64,000 nt of DNA. It comes from a virus. The notes beneath the pieces were generated by a model, which made no database searches, was not told the origin of the DNA, and worked only from the letters and a program-made list of their open reading frames with translations. The translations under genes were made by a program, and so were the position numbers. Below are positions 38,367 to 48,312 of this stretch, piece after piece (the stretch's first letter is position 1; each line of letters begins with the position of its first letter). Location: positions 1 through 64,000 of IMG/VR virus record IMGVR_UViG_3300028584_000098. The stretch is one strand, 5' to 3'.

Positions 38367-39014
38367 ATGGCTAAGGCATTTAAGAATACTAAGGGTTCCG
38401 CAGTAAAGGGTAAGGTAGCTACCTATACCTATAAGGACGGAGACAACCGTATTCGTCTAGTTGGCGATGTGCTAGCTAGGTATGTTTATTGGATTAAGGG
38501 CGAAAATGGTAAGGACCTACCATTTGAATGTCTAGCGTTTAATCGTGATGAAGAACGATTTGATAACGCTGAGGTAGACCACGTAAAGGAATACTACCCA
38601 CAACTAAAGTGTGGCTGGGCTTACGCGGTACAGGCGTTTGACGCATCAGAAGGTGCCGACAAGAGCAAAATCATCGTCGTAAACCTTAAGAAGAAGCTAT
38701 TCGAAGCTATTATCTTAGCTGCCGAAGATTTAGGTGATCCTACCGATCCGGATACCGGGTGGGATGTTGTATTCCGTAAGGTAAAGACTGGTCCTCTACC
38801 AATTAACGTCGAATATCAACTACAGGTTCTAAAGTGTAAGCCTCGTCCGCTAGACGCGACTGAGCGCGCCACATTAGCAACTATCAAGTCAATGGATGAG
38901 CTACTAGTTCGTCCTACTGCCGCTGCGCAAAAGGAGCTTCTAGACAAGCTACGCTCTGGGGCAACTTCTGAGAATATTGACGAAGAAATTGACGAAGAAT
39001 TCGAAGTGAAGTAA
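38367..39014 (+). CDS. putative ssDNA-binding protein
   Basis: AAAGGAGA RBS. It has an acidic C-terminal tail DEEIDEEFEVK as in phage SSBs and sits in the replication module. Confidence 0.45.
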   Translation: MAKAFKNTKGSAVKGKVATYTYKDGDNRIRLVGDVLARYVYWIKGENGKDLPFECLAFNRDEERFDNAEVDHVKEYYPQLKCGWAYAVQAFDASEGADKSKIIVVNLKKKLFEAIILAAEDLGDPTDPDTGWDVVFRKVKTGPLPINVEYQLQVLKCKPRPLDATERATLATIKSMDELLVRPTAAAQKELLDKLRSGATSENIDEEIDEEFEVK

Positions 39015-39020
39015 TAACAG

Positions 39021-39049
39021 TTACGGGGGCCTTGTGCCCCCGTAATTTT
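39021..39049 (+). terminator. intrinsic terminator
   Basis: TTACGGGGG (39021-39029) pairs with CCCCCGTAA (39037-39045) and is followed by TTTT. Confidence 0.8.
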
Positions 39050-39063
39050 GTCTTAGGAGTACA

Positions 39064-40014
39064 ATGAAGATACTATTCACGGCAGACTGGCATTTAAAGC
39101 TGGGCCAGAAAAATGTACCTGTACTATGGGCTACAAATAGATACAGAGAGTTTTTTAGACAGGTATACGATATAGAACCTAATGTTGACCTTCATATAGT
39201 TGGCGGGGATATATTCGATAGATTACCTAGCATACAAGAGTTAGAACTTTATTTTGAGTTTGTTAGTTTAGTAAAGGTTCCTACTCTTATATACGCGGGT
39301 AATCATGAGTCCACTAAAAAAGGGGCTACTTTCTTTTCCAATCTAAAAACGGTAACTAATCGTATTAATCCACTAGTACGGATAGTAGATTATATTAAAG
39401 AAAATGAAGATTTTACAATCGTACCTTATGAGTTTATTCATAAGAAAGGTGTGTGGGATGGGTTAGACAAGTCTAAGCCTTTATTTACACACGTTAGAGG
39501 AGAGATTCCTCCGCATGTAAAGCCTGAAATAGACTTAGAATTATTAGCAGAGTTTCCTATTGTGTATGCGGGAGATTTACATTCGCACTCTAATACTCAG
39601 CTTAATATAGTCTACCCGGGTAGCCCTATGACTACTTCTTTTCATAGAAATGAAGTAAAAACCGGGTATTTAATTATTGACGGTGATACTTGGCATTGGG
39701 GTGAGTTTAAGCTACCTCAACTAATCCGTAAAACAGTAACGGATCCCGCGGGTATGCTACCTACGGGTTATCACCACACTATTTATGAGCTAGAAGGAGA
39801 CGCTATTGACTTATCTCAGGTTAAAAGTAGTGAGCTACTTGATAAAAAGTTAGTTAAGCGCAGTACTGATGCAACACTACTTTTAAATAAAGACATGTCT
39901 ATATTAGACGAACTAGTAGAGTACCTTCGGTATGTATTAGAAATACCTGAGGATAAAATTCCTAGTTTAACTGGAGTATATAATGATTACTTTCAAAAGG
40001 CTAAAGTGGGATAA
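39064..40014 (+). CDS. Mre11/SbcD-like nuclease (T5 D12-like)
   Basis: Metallophosphoesterase motifs DWH, GGDIFD, GNHE, GDLH. Confidence 0.8.
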   Translation: MKILFTADWHLKLGQKNVPVLWATNRYREFFRQVYDIEPNVDLHIVGGDIFDRLPSIQELELYFEFVSLVKVPTLIYAGNHESTKKGATFFSNLKTVTNRINPLVRIVDYIKENEDFTIVPYEFIHKKGVWDGLDKSKPLFTHVRGEIPPHVKPEIDLELLAEFPIVYAGDLHSHSNTQLNIVYPGSPMTTSFHRNEVKTGYLIIDGDTWHWGEFKLPQLIRKTVTDPAGMLPTGYHHTIYELEGDAIDLSQVKSSELLDKKLVKRSTDATLLLNKDMSILDELVEYLRYVLEIPEDKIPSLTGVYNDYFQKAKVG

Positions 40015-41785
40015 CTGCTTCAGTTACGGGGAATCTAACTATATTGATCTAGATCAATACACGTTAACACAGATTATTGGCCCGAATGGCGCTGGTAAAT
40101 CTTCCATCCCTCTGATAATTGAAGAAGTTCTATTCAGCAAAAACTCTAAAGGAGTGAAAAAAGCCGACATACCCAATAGAAATACGGGTAAAGACGCATA
40201 TAATATCTCCCTTGCTTTTGATATTGACTCCGTAGAGTATGAGCTAACTGTTAATAGAAAGTCTACTATTAAAGTTAAGCTTGTAGAAAACGGGGTAGAT
40301 ATTAGTAGCCACACAGCAACTAATACTTTTAAGTCAGTACTTGATCTAATGGGCATAGATTTTAAGACTATGTCTCAGTTGTTTTATCAAAACACTAACG
40401 CTAGTCTCCAATTTCTAACCGCTACAGACACTAATAGAAAGAAATTTCTAATAGACCTTCTAAGGCTAGAGGATTATGTAGCATTATTTGAAGTCTTCAA
40501 AGAAGCTGTAAAAGAGATTTCTAACAAAGTATCTGGGGCTCAAGCTACTGTTAATACCGTACAGAAATGGCTTGATGGAAATAAAATCGAGACTACTACA
40601 GTACTGCCCCTTCTGGAAATAGATTTAAATACGGAAGAAGACGAGGTCACTCTCCGTAAAGTTTCATTAGAATTTCAAAATATCGCCAATGAAAATCGAA
40701 AAGTTTCCATAAACGAAGATTACAAGGCGCGGCTAGCTAAGATACCTTTAGACGAGGCTAAGGCTATAGATATTACTGCCCATCAAAACTACGACAGTGA
40801 TATGGCAACTTTAGGTGCTAAAAAGCAAGAAGGAACTAGCATAACCAAGTATATAAGTAAGCTAGAATCACTAGGGGATACCTGCCCTACTTGTGAGCAA
40901 AAAATACTGCCGGAATTTAAAGGTACTCTTTTAGCAGAGTCAAAGGCTACTCTTAGCGTTATTAAGGCAGAAGTGGCTAGTATCGAGGAGCGTATTACTA
41001 CTATTAAGGTAAATAATACTCAGTACGCTAAGAAATTAGCTATTCAGAAAGACTGGGAGGATACGTACCGTAACATAGATGAAAGTCTACCCAACACGTT
41101 ACAGGATAAGCAAGCCTATCAAAATAGTATTGATGAAATTACTAAAAGGATAGATGCTACTAAAGCCGCTATTGCTACAGCTACTTACGAGAATAACAAG
41201 CGTATGCAAGAAAATGCCCGTAATGAAGTTATTCAAGAGCAAACAGCCAAGTTTAAGCTACAGCTAGAGGAAGCTTCCGCAATACTATTAGCAGAAACTA
41301 ATAGATTAGCAGAGGTAGAAATACTTAAGAAGTCCTTTAGCACAAACGGGTTGATTGCGTATAAGATTGAAAACTTAGTAAAAGACTTAGAAGACTATAC
41401 TAATGAGTATCTAGCCGAGTTATCTGATGGTAGATTTACTATTCAGTTTGTAGTCTCTAATGACAAACTGAACGTGGAAGTTACCGACTTTAATAACGTA
41501 GTAGACATTCTAGCACTTTCTAGTGGCGAGCTTGCCCGAGTTAACACTTCCACGCTTCTGGCCCTACGTAAACTAATGGGTGCTACTTCTAAAAGTAACA
41601 TCAATGTGCTGTTCCTAGACGAAGTTATTAACGTACTAGATGAGCAGGGTAAAGAACGATTAGTAGAAGTTCTACTAGAAGAAAAGTTAAATATATTTAT
41701 TGTATCCCATAATTGGACTCACCCACTTCTAGAGAAACTAGTTGTAGTTAAGGATTCCAAAGGGATAAGTTACATAGAAAGGTAA
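39983..41785 (+). CDS. Rad50/SbcC-like ATPase (T5 D13-like)
   Basis: Walker A GPNGAGKSS, coiled-coil middle with a CPTC zinc hook, signature LSSGE, Walker B LFLDEV. Confidence 0.8.
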   Translation: MITFKRLKWDNCFSYGESNYIDLDQYTLTQIIGPNGAGKSSIPLIIEEVLFSKNSKGVKKADIPNRNTGKDAYNISLAFDIDSVEYELTVNRKSTIKVKLVENGVDISSHTATNTFKSVLDLMGIDFKTMSQLFYQNTNASLQFLTATDTNRKKFLIDLLRLEDYVALFEVFKEAVKEISNKVSGAQATVNTVQKWLDGNKIETTTVLPLLEIDLNTEEDEVTLRKVSLEFQNIANENRKVSINEDYKARLAKIPLDEAKAIDITAHQNYDSDMATLGAKKQEGTSITKYISKLESLGDTCPTCEQKILPEFKGTLLAESKATLSVIKAEVASIEERITTIKVNNTQYAKKLAIQKDWEDTYRNIDESLPNTLQDKQAYQNSIDEITKRIDATKAAIATATYENNKRMQENARNEVIQEQTAKFKLQLEEASAILLAETNRLAEVEILKKSFSTNGLIAYKIENLVKDLEDYTNEYLAELSDGRFTIQFVVSNDKLNVEVTDFNNVVDILALSSGELARVNTSTLLALRKLMGATSKSNINVLFLDEVINVLDEQGKERLVEVLLEEKLNIFIVSHNWTHPLLEKLVVVKDSKGISYIER

Positions 41786-41786
41786 T

Positions 41787-42224
41787 ATGGTAGATTCTAG
41801 AGCTAAAGGAGCCCGTGGAGAATACACGGTTAGAGACTTATTACGAGCCGCTACTTCTTTACAGTTTGAAAGGGTTCCCTTATCTGGAGCGCTTCCATAT
41901 CTGAAAGGGGACCTATACGTTCCTAACCAAACCAACAGATTTTGTATAGAAGTTAAAAACTACGCAGATTCTCCTTTAACAGATAAGCTGTTCACAGCCC
42001 CTAAAACTAATAACTTAGTAAAGTGGTGGCTAAAGATCAAGAATCAAGCTTTTAATTCCGGGCAAGAACCTCTACTATTTTATAAATATGATAGATCAAA
42101 GGTATTTGTGGCTACTGAATTAAAACCGCTAAATGTAGAAAAATACCTTTACATTAGCTGGTTAAACTGCTATACTATGTTAGCAGAAGATTGGCTGGCC
42201 AATGAGAAAGTAACTTTTATATAA
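41787..42224 (+). CDS. PD-(D/E)XK nuclease (Holliday-junction-resolvase-like; T5 D14-like position)
   Basis: GARGEYTVRDLL ... GDLYV ... IEVKNY (D ... E-x-K). Confidence 0.55.
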   Translation: MVDSRAKGARGEYTVRDLLRAATSLQFERVPLSGALPYLKGDLYVPNQTNRFCIEVKNYADSPLTDKLFTAPKTNNLVKWWLKIKNQAFNSGQEPLLFYKYDRSKVFVATELKPLNVEKYLYISWLNCYTMLAEDWLANEKVTFI

Positions 42225-43057
42225 TGGTATCGTTTAATACTACACCTAAACCAACCGATAATATATTAGTAGTAGACGCCCTAAACCTAGCTTTCCGATG
42301 GAAGCACACGGGCTCTACTAAATTTGTAGATGAGTATGTAAAGACAGTAAAATCTTTTGCAAGGTCTTACAGCGCCGGTACTGTAATTATTACAGCAGAC
42401 CAGGGCAGTAGTTCTTATAGAAAAGATATTTACCCTGAGTATAAGGGCAATCGTACTGCCCTCAGAGAAGAGCAGACCCCTGCAGAAAAGCGGGAGTTTG
42501 AGCTATTTTTCAAAGAGTATGAGAATACGTTGGAAGCTCTATCAAAAGAGTTTCTGCTGTTTAAGTACAAAAATGTCGAGGCCGATGATATTGCTGCTTG
42601 GATAGTTAATAACAAGGATACATTTGGTTTTAAGAATATCTGGCTTATAAGCTCAGATAGAGACTGGGATTTGCTAGTTGAAGACAGTGTGAGCAGATTT
42701 TCTTATGTTACTAGAAAAGAAATTACCGTTGATACGTGGGATTATCCCGTTAGCAGGGAACACTATATCTCCTACAAGTGCTTAGTTGGAGATAGTGGCG
42801 ATAATATTCTTGGTATACCAGGTGTGGGCCCTAAGCGAGCCGTAGCTCTTATAGAAGAATACGGGGACGCTTTTGATATTTATGCCGCATGTCCTGTACC
42901 CGGCACTAATAAATTCATTCTATCTTTGAATGAGCATAAAGAACGATTACTAGTAAATTATGAACTTATGGACTTAAAAACTTACTGTGCAGATGCAATA
43001 GGCGAGTCCAACGTTAAAGACCTTGAGTGGAGACTTAATGAATATAGATTACAATAG
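42224..43057 (+). CDS. 5'-3' flap endonuclease (T5 D15-like)
   Basis: Acidic PIN-like N-domain (VVDALNLAFR, ADDIAA). H3TH motif LVGDSGDNILGIPGVGPKRA. Confidence 0.85.
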   Translation: MVSFNTTPKPTDNILVVDALNLAFRWKHTGSTKFVDEYVKTVKSFARSYSAGTVIITADQGSSSYRKDIYPEYKGNRTALREEQTPAEKREFELFFKEYENTLEALSKEFLLFKYKNVEADDIAAWIVNNKDTFGFKNIWLISSDRDWDLLVEDSVSRFSYVTRKEITVDTWDYPVSREHYISYKCLVGDSGDNILGIPGVGPKRAVALIEEYGDAFDIYAACPVPGTNKFILSLNEHKERLLVNYELMDLKTYCADAIGESNVKDLEWRLNEYRLQ

Positions 43058-44807
43058 AGATAAGCTACTATCTGACTTTGGTATTGAAACACTAAAAGAC
43101 CGATATATGATTCCAGGAGAAAAGTCTCCCCAAGATGCGTTTGCTAGAGCAGCTACGGCATTTGCCGATGACGAAGCACATGCACAGAGACTATATGACT
43201 ATGCAAGTAATTTATGGTTTATGTTTAGCACTCCAATTCTTAGTAATGGCGGTACTGACAGGGGCCTTCCTATTAGTTGCTTCCTTAACTATGTTCCTGA
43301 TAGCCGTAAAGGAATTACTGACCACTATACTGAAAATGCATTTCTAAGTTCTGTAGGAGGCGGTATTGGTAGCTACTGGGGCGACGTTCGTTCAGTAGGT
43401 TCGTCCACCTCTAAGGGGTCACAGTCTACTGGAGTTATTCCGTTCATTAAAGTAGTAGATGCCGAAATGCTGGCGTTTTCTCAAGGGATTACCCGCAGAG
43501 GTAGCTGTGCAGTTTATCTAGATATTGATCACCCGGAGATCGAAGAATTCCTAGATATTCGTAAGCCTACAGGCGGAGACACTAACCGAAAGTCAACTAA
43601 TCTACACCATGCTGTAATTCTTTCTGATAAGTTTATGCGTATCATTAAGGAAGCAGCTTCTACGCCTGGATTTGATGATAGTTTTGATCTGATTGACCCT
43701 AACTCTAAAAGGGTGTTGAAGACAGTTTCTGCTAAAGCTCTTTGGGTTAAGATTATCCAAAACCGCGTTGAAACTGGAGAGCCTTACATTATGTTTGGGG
43801 ATACAGTTAACAGGGCTCTACCCGAGTGGCTAAAAGCTCAGGGCTTGAAGGTACACCACTCTAATCTATGTACAGAGATTCTACTACCAACCTCAGAAGA
43901 TCGTACCGCAGTATGCTGTCTATCAAGTGTTAATCTAGAAGAATTTGATAGCTGGAGAGATAATAAAGACTTCATTCCGGACATTATTCGGATGCTAGAT
44001 AACGTACTAGAACACTTTATCTTAAATGCCCCGGATGAGCTTTATAAAGCTGCGTATAGCGCAGTTAGAGAACGCTCTATTGGCTTGGGAGCCATGGGCC
44101 TACATGCCTATCTACAGAGGCACTATGTAGCATACGAAAGTCCTTTTGCCCGAAAGATCAATAAGGACATTTATAAGCATCTTAAGTCAGAAGGCTTACG
44201 AGCCGACAAAATCCTGGCGGATGAACGAGGACCTTGCCTGGACGCTCTAGACTATGGAGTACACCGCAGGTTCTCACATATTATGGCCCCTGCCCCTAAT
44301 GCTAGTTCTTCAATATTCTGTGGGGATACTAGCCCTAGCAATGAGCTTTACCCCGCTAATGCTTATACTAGAAAGACTACAAGTGGTTCTAGCCTCCTGA
44401 AAAATGAGTATCTTGAGCATATTTTACAGGAGATGGATAGAGATACTATGGAAGTGTGGTCCAGTATTATTACTAATCAGGGCTCCGTACAACATCTAGA
44501 ATTTTTAGATCAGCATACTAAAGATGTGTTTAAGACCTCTAATGAAGTACGCCAGTCTTCTATTATTCTTATGGCTGCTGACCGAAGTGCAGATATTTGT
44601 CAAGGGCAAAGTACTAACCTGTCCTACCCTAGTGATGTTTCTAAAAGGGAGCTTCATGATGATCTAATTCTTGCGTGGGAAACGGGAGTTAAAACACTAT
44701 ACTACCTCCGCAGTAGGGCAGTACGTAAAGCAGAAAAAGTTTCTAATATCACCGAAAGAGTTTACATTCCAATTGATGCCTCTGACTGTGTAGCCTGTGA
44801 AGGATAA
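43038..44807 (+). CDS. nrdA: ribonucleotide reductase large subunit (class I, no ATP cone)
   Basis: ATG 43038 is in frame with track ORF 43023-44807. Active-site NLCTEI. C-terminal redox pair CVAC. Confidence 0.85.
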   Translation: MNIDYNRDKLLSDFGIETLKDRYMIPGEKSPQDAFARAATAFADDEAHAQRLYDYASNLWFMFSTPILSNGGTDRGLPISCFLNYVPDSRKGITDHYTENAFLSSVGGGIGSYWGDVRSVGSSTSKGSQSTGVIPFIKVVDAEMLAFSQGITRRGSCAVYLDIDHPEIEEFLDIRKPTGGDTNRKSTNLHHAVILSDKFMRIIKEAASTPGFDDSFDLIDPNSKRVLKTVSAKALWVKIIQNRVETGEPYIMFGDTVNRALPEWLKAQGLKVHHSNLCTEILLPTSEDRTAVCCLSSVNLEEFDSWRDNKDFIPDIIRMLDNVLEHFILNAPDELYKAAYSAVRERSIGLGAMGLHAYLQRHYVAYESPFARKINKDIYKHLKSEGLRADKILADERGPCLDALDYGVHRRFSHIMAPAPNASSSIFCGDTSPSNELYPANAYTRKTTSGSSLLKNEYLEHILQEMDRDTMEVWSSIITNQGSVQHLEFLDQHTKDVFKTSNEVRQSSIILMAADRSADICQGQSTNLSYPSDVSKRELHDDLILAWETGVKTLYYLRSRAVRKAEKVSNITERVYIPIDASDCVACEG

Positions 44808-44810
44808 CCA

Positions 44811-45770
44811 ATGAGTTTACTAGAAAAGCGCGATTACTACAAGCCTATGGATTATCCGTGGGCATATGAATACTACAAAAAGCAACAGCAAATGCATTGG
44901 ATGCCAGAAGAAGTTCCTCTGGCGGACGATCTGAATGACTATCGTGTTAAACTAAGTGAAGGTAACAAACTTCTTATTACTCAGCTATTTAGGTTCTTTA
45001 CTACTGCTGACGTTAACGTTGCTGGTGGTTACGCGGAGCACTATATGCCACGCTTTAAGCCCCCTGAAGTTAGACAGATGCTAAGTGCCTTCGCAGCAAT
45101 GGAAGGTGTTCATATTGAAGCATACTCACTTCTACTAGAAACCCTAGGATTTCCTGACGATGAGTACCAGAAGTTCGTAAACATCAAAGCTATGGCGGAC
45201 AAACATGAATACTTAAGTCAGTTTGGTACTGAAACTAAGGAACAGCTTCTAAAGACTATGGCAGTCTACAGCGCGTTCACTGAGGGTGTTCAGCTATTCT
45301 CTTCTTTCGCAATTCTGTTGAACTTCTCTAGGTTTAACTTAATGAAGGGCATGGGCCAGATTATCACGTGGAGTATTAGAGATGAAAGTCTCCACGTCGA
45401 AGGTATGAGCCGTCTTACTGTAGAGTTCATCAAAGAAAACCCAGAACTGTGGACTGATGCAGTAAAGTACGATATCTACTGTTCTGCTGAGAGAGTAATT
45501 GAACTTGAAGACGCCTTCATTGATATTTGCTATGAAGGTGCTGACGTTCCTGACCTGACTAAAGAACAGGTTAAGGCGTATATTCGGTTCCTAGGAGACA
45601 AGAGACTAAACGGTATTGGACTAAAAAAGATCTTTGGTAGTGAGGAAAACCCACTACCTTGGATTGACCACATGGTAAATGGGGTGGAGCACGCTAACTT
45701 CTTCGAAACTCGTTCGACTGAGTATGGTAAGGCCACTACTACCGGTAACTGGAAAGATATTTTTCAATAA
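44811..45770 (+). CDS. nrdB: ribonucleotide reductase small subunit
   Basis: Di-iron ligands EGVHIEAYS, FTEGVQLFSSF, IRDESLH. Confidence 0.85.
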   Translation: MSLLEKRDYYKPMDYPWAYEYYKKQQQMHWMPEEVPLADDLNDYRVKLSEGNKLLITQLFRFFTTADVNVAGGYAEHYMPRFKPPEVRQMLSAFAAMEGVHIEAYSLLLETLGFPDDEYQKFVNIKAMADKHEYLSQFGTETKEQLLKTMAVYSAFTEGVQLFSSFAILLNFSRFNLMKGMGQIITWSIRDESLHVEGMSRLTVEFIKENPELWTDAVKYDIYCSAERVIELEDAFIDICYEGADVPDLTKEQVKAYIRFLGDKRLNGIGLKKIFGSEENPLPWIDHMVNGVEHANFFETRSTEYGKATTTGNWKDIFQ

Positions 45771-45773
45771 GCA

Positions 45774-45806
45774 AAAGCCCCTGAGATTGCTCTCAGGGGC
45801 TTTTTT
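45774..45806. terminator. bidirectional intrinsic terminator between convergent modules
   Basis: AAAGCCCCTGAGA (45774-45786) pairs with TCTCAGGGGCTTT (45791-45803). It is flanked by an A-run and a T-run. Confidence 0.85.
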
Positions 45807-45808
45807 AA

Positions 45809-46165
45809 TTAAAAGAGGAAGAACTTCTTTTGTTTGGGAGTTAGTATTTCCATAACTTTTTTATTGCGCTCATCACATTTATCTACTATACTAATGACGT
45901 CTAATTTCTGACTACCTTCTTGTGTAAGTTTAGCAGTTTGAGTATCTAACGCGCTACCTAAGTCTCCCAAATCTGAGCCTTTCGGTAGCTGTGCAACACC
46001 TACTACTCGCTTCCTATACTCTTCTGGTATATTAGGCCCACACTCAATTGCTAGCGCAGCCAGGTGTAGTTTCTGGGTACTTGCACAACCCGCGATTAAG
46101 CTGCTCGACATAAGCATCGTCAAGGACAATGCCAGCGCCGGAAGCACTTTGGATTTTTGTAACAT
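45809..46165 (-). CDS. o-spanin (outer-membrane lipoprotein, Rz1-like)
   Basis: Signal peptide with lipobox LIAGC. It starts inside the 3' end of the i-spanin gene in another frame (overlapped architecture). Confidence 0.7.
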   Translation of the reverse strand: MLQKSKVLPALALSLTMLMSSSLIAGCASTQKLHLAALAIECGPNIPEEYRKRVVGVAQLPKGSDLGDLGSALDTQTAKLTQEGSQKLDVISIVDKCDERNKKVMEILTPKQKKFFLF

Positions 46166-46394
46166 TTTCCGCGTTTATCCCTTCTAGTCGACGTTGATTT
46201 GCCACTCCACTAGCATAAATTTTATTGGAGTCTCTAGCTAGTATAGTACCTTGATCAGATACTACTGCATCCCCCTTTGCAAGAGCTGCACTAATTTCCG
46301 CTTTTTCAGCTCGGCGTTCCATATATTTATAAGAGCCAAAGCCTCCACCTAGTATCACTAGTATAATTATTAAACCTACCAACCACTGGGGCAT
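46044..46394 (-). CDS. i-spanin (Rz-like)
   Basis: N-terminal TM helix WLVGLIIILVILGGGF followed by a periplasmic helical domain. It lies directly downstream of the endolysin. Confidence 0.7.
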   Translation of the reverse strand: MPQWLVGLIIILVILGGGFGSYKYMERRAEKAEISAALAKGDAVVSDQGTILARDSNKIYASGVANQRRLEGINAENVTKIQSASGAGIVLDDAYVEQLNRGLCKYPETTPGCASN

Positions 46395-46395
46395 A

Positions 46396-46917
46396 TTAAG
46401 CCTCGTTGGTTGACATAGCTCCAGTAGCAGCTACAATATAGGGCTTTACACTACCTGGTGTTACATTATATTTTGGTCTACGAGAAGCAATACATCTTGT
46501 TTTAGCAATTCTAGTAATAGTCACTTTGTCGCTCTGATTACCTCCCAGAACATGAAATGCAGTAGAATCCTCTGCTACGTAAAAACCGACATGGCCGCCG
46601 CCATCCCGAACAAATACTAATATGTCGCCAAGACTTGGGGTACCCGCAGCATCACCAAACTTAGCCCAATTTCTAGCCCACAAAGGGTCTTTAACAGCAT
46701 CTTTGCCTGCTCGTTTAGTGACTATTCCAGCAAATAGTCCACACCATGGGATACTATCCGCAGAGTAAGATTTATCTAACCCCAGTTCTTTACCCCACGA
46801 CATAATTATAGGATTATTCTTAACTCCAGGGGTTTCTACCGTCCCTAGTAACTTTAGACCCTCCGCAATAGTTTTAGGTAGCGTTCCTACCTCTGTTAAC
46901 CAAGTATAGTTACTCAT
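46396..46917 (-). CDS. endolysin, NlpC/P60-CHAP-like peptidase (TIGR02594-type)
   Basis: Catalytic Cys context IPWCGLF and His context GGGHVGFY. It lies between the holin and spanin genes. Confidence 0.7.
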   Translation of the reverse strand: MSNYTWLTEVGTLPKTIAEGLKLLGTVETPGVKNNPIIMSWGKELGLDKSYSADSIPWCGLFAGIVTKRAGKDAVKDPLWARNWAKFGDAAGTPSLGDILVFVRDGGGHVGFYVAEDSTAFHVLGGNQSDKVTITRIAKTRCIASRRPKYNVTPGSVKPYIVAATGAMSTNEA

Positions 46918-47194
46918 CTTTATTATTTCCTTTCCAACTAGCTACTACTTTGGCGTAGTCTAATACAGAAGCGCCTGCCATATAAAGGCCATCTAAAATT
47001 ACTTTTGCTCCGATCAGAGCTAAAGCCACCCATTTTACATCACTTGAATCGTCTAGTTTAACTATAGAAAATGCTAATATTGCCATATATATAGCGGAGG
47101 ATACAAAAGTATACCACCTTCTATAGAACCAGCCATTTTCTGCTGGAGTATCATCCTGCTCCATATTTTTCTCCCCTTGGCTGTAGTATGCCAA
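46910..47194 (-). CDS. holin (two TM segments, charged C-terminus)
   Basis: TM segments TFVSSAIYMAILAFSIV and WVALALIGAKVIL, tail KGNNKDE. It overlaps the endolysin start. Confidence 0.6.
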   Translation of the reverse strand: MAYYSQGEKNMEQDDTPAENGWFYRRWYTFVSSAIYMAILAFSIVKLDDSSDVKWVALALIGAKVILDGLYMAGASVLDYAKVVASWKGNNKDE

Positions 47195-47813
47195 CCCAAG
47201 CTATAACTTTATCGTTAAGCATAGTCGGTACAGCCCTACAATAGCACTCTACTACTAATCCCTTTCTATCAATTACTTTATATGTTTTTTCAAAGACGCG
47301 TTTTTGCTCTACAGCTACGTACCACTCAGACCTAACTAAGGCAAGATCTTCAGCTGCTATTGATAAAGTCCAGCCCCAGCTTTTCAGCTCACTCATAGAT
47401 CTACCTGTTAAATTTTCATACTCTTTAGATACCCAAGTGTACAAGCCTTCTGCTGTAGTTTCAAACATAATAGCTTGTTTACTATCTAAATAATGAGCCA
47501 TTTTTGTTTCATGTATTAATTGATTAGTCTCCAGTCTATTAATTGCGTCCCGTAAAGAGCTACCACTATTAGGTTTTAACTGCTCTACTATATAATCTAG
47601 TTTTTCTCCAGCAGCTATATAGTCTTGTTGTAGCTTAGTAATATTTCTACTATTTCCAGAAAAAGGAGAAGAAATACTTTTATATATTGAAGCAACCCAC
47701 CCTCGAATGGCTGGTATAGTTGTTGCTCCAAATACAGAAACGGTTATACCTAGTATAGCGACGGCTATCCCCAACTCTTGAGAGATAATTGTTAGCATTG
47801 TAGGTTCTGTCAT
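47151..47813 (-). CDS. membrane-anchored PAS-domain protein
   Basis: N-terminal TM (LGIAVAILGITVSVFGATTI), a linker, then a PAS-like fold (GLYTWVSKEYENLTGRSMSELKSWGW...AAEDL...YKVIDRKGLVVECYCRAVP...AWVGIL). Confidence 0.6.
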   Translation of the reverse strand: MTEPTMLTIISQELGIAVAILGITVSVFGATTIPAIRGWVASIYKSISSPFSGNSRNITKLQQDYIAAGEKLDYIVEQLKPNSGSSLRDAINRLETNQLIHETKMAHYLDSKQAIMFETTAEGLYTWVSKEYENLTGRSMSELKSWGWTLSIAAEDLALVRSEWYVAVEQKRVFEKTYKVIDRKGLVVECYCRAVPTMLNDKVIAWVGILQPRGEKYGAG

Positions 47814-47895
47814 TTTTATCCTATAAACGGCTATTCCCGTTCTTGCGTTACGCTAGTTGAGTGAGCAGCTAGTAACTAGCTGCTCACTTTATATA

Positions 47896-48312
47896 CTATT
47901 CCGGAGGTATTGGCCATATAGGATTGAAAACATCTATTACAGTTTCTGGGAAACTGAGTAAAGCCTCCCTATAATTTTGCCACTCCTGCACTTTTCCTGT
48001 GGTCATAGACATAAGCCTCAAAGAACTTAGTGTATCTATTTCCTGTTTTAACTTACTATCTCTATCTCTACGAATATTGCGTAAAGCTATAAACTCTAGT
48101 TCTTGTTGTATTATTTCTGGGGGTTTTGGATGAATGATTCCGTTTACAACATAATAATCTTTAGCAGATATTACGTCCTCTACCTCTACAAAACTTTCTC
48201 CTTCTTGTAATTGATTTTGTACTAGGAACGAGTGGCAGAACACTACTCGTTTAATAGCCCCAGTACTAGTATCGTAGATTACTATAGTAGTATTTCTACC
48301 CCAGGTACTCAT
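47896..48312 (-). CDS. tail-fibre assembly chaperone-like protein
   Basis: ATG 48312 overlaps the fibre-gene stop (ATGA) and is in frame with track ORF 47896-48351. The C-terminal W-x-YR-x-L...P pattern is typical of fibre-assembly/DUF4376 proteins. Confidence 0.5.
   Translation of the reverse strand: MSTWGRNTTIVIYDTSTGAIKRVVFCHSFLVQNQLQEGESFVEVEDVISAKDYYVVNGIIHPKPPEIIQQELEFIALRNIRRDRDSKLKQEIDTLSSLRLMSMTTGKVQEWQNYREALLSFPETVIDVFNPIWPIPPE

Noticed and set aside
47840-47880. The hairpin GTGAGCAGCTAG/CTAGCTGCTCAC between the fibre-chaperone and PAS genes as a - strand terminator.
   Set aside because: On the - strand it is not followed by a U-tract; the T-run lies on the + strand side, where nothing is transcribed. 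It may be an RNA stability or processing element, but a terminator call is unsupported.
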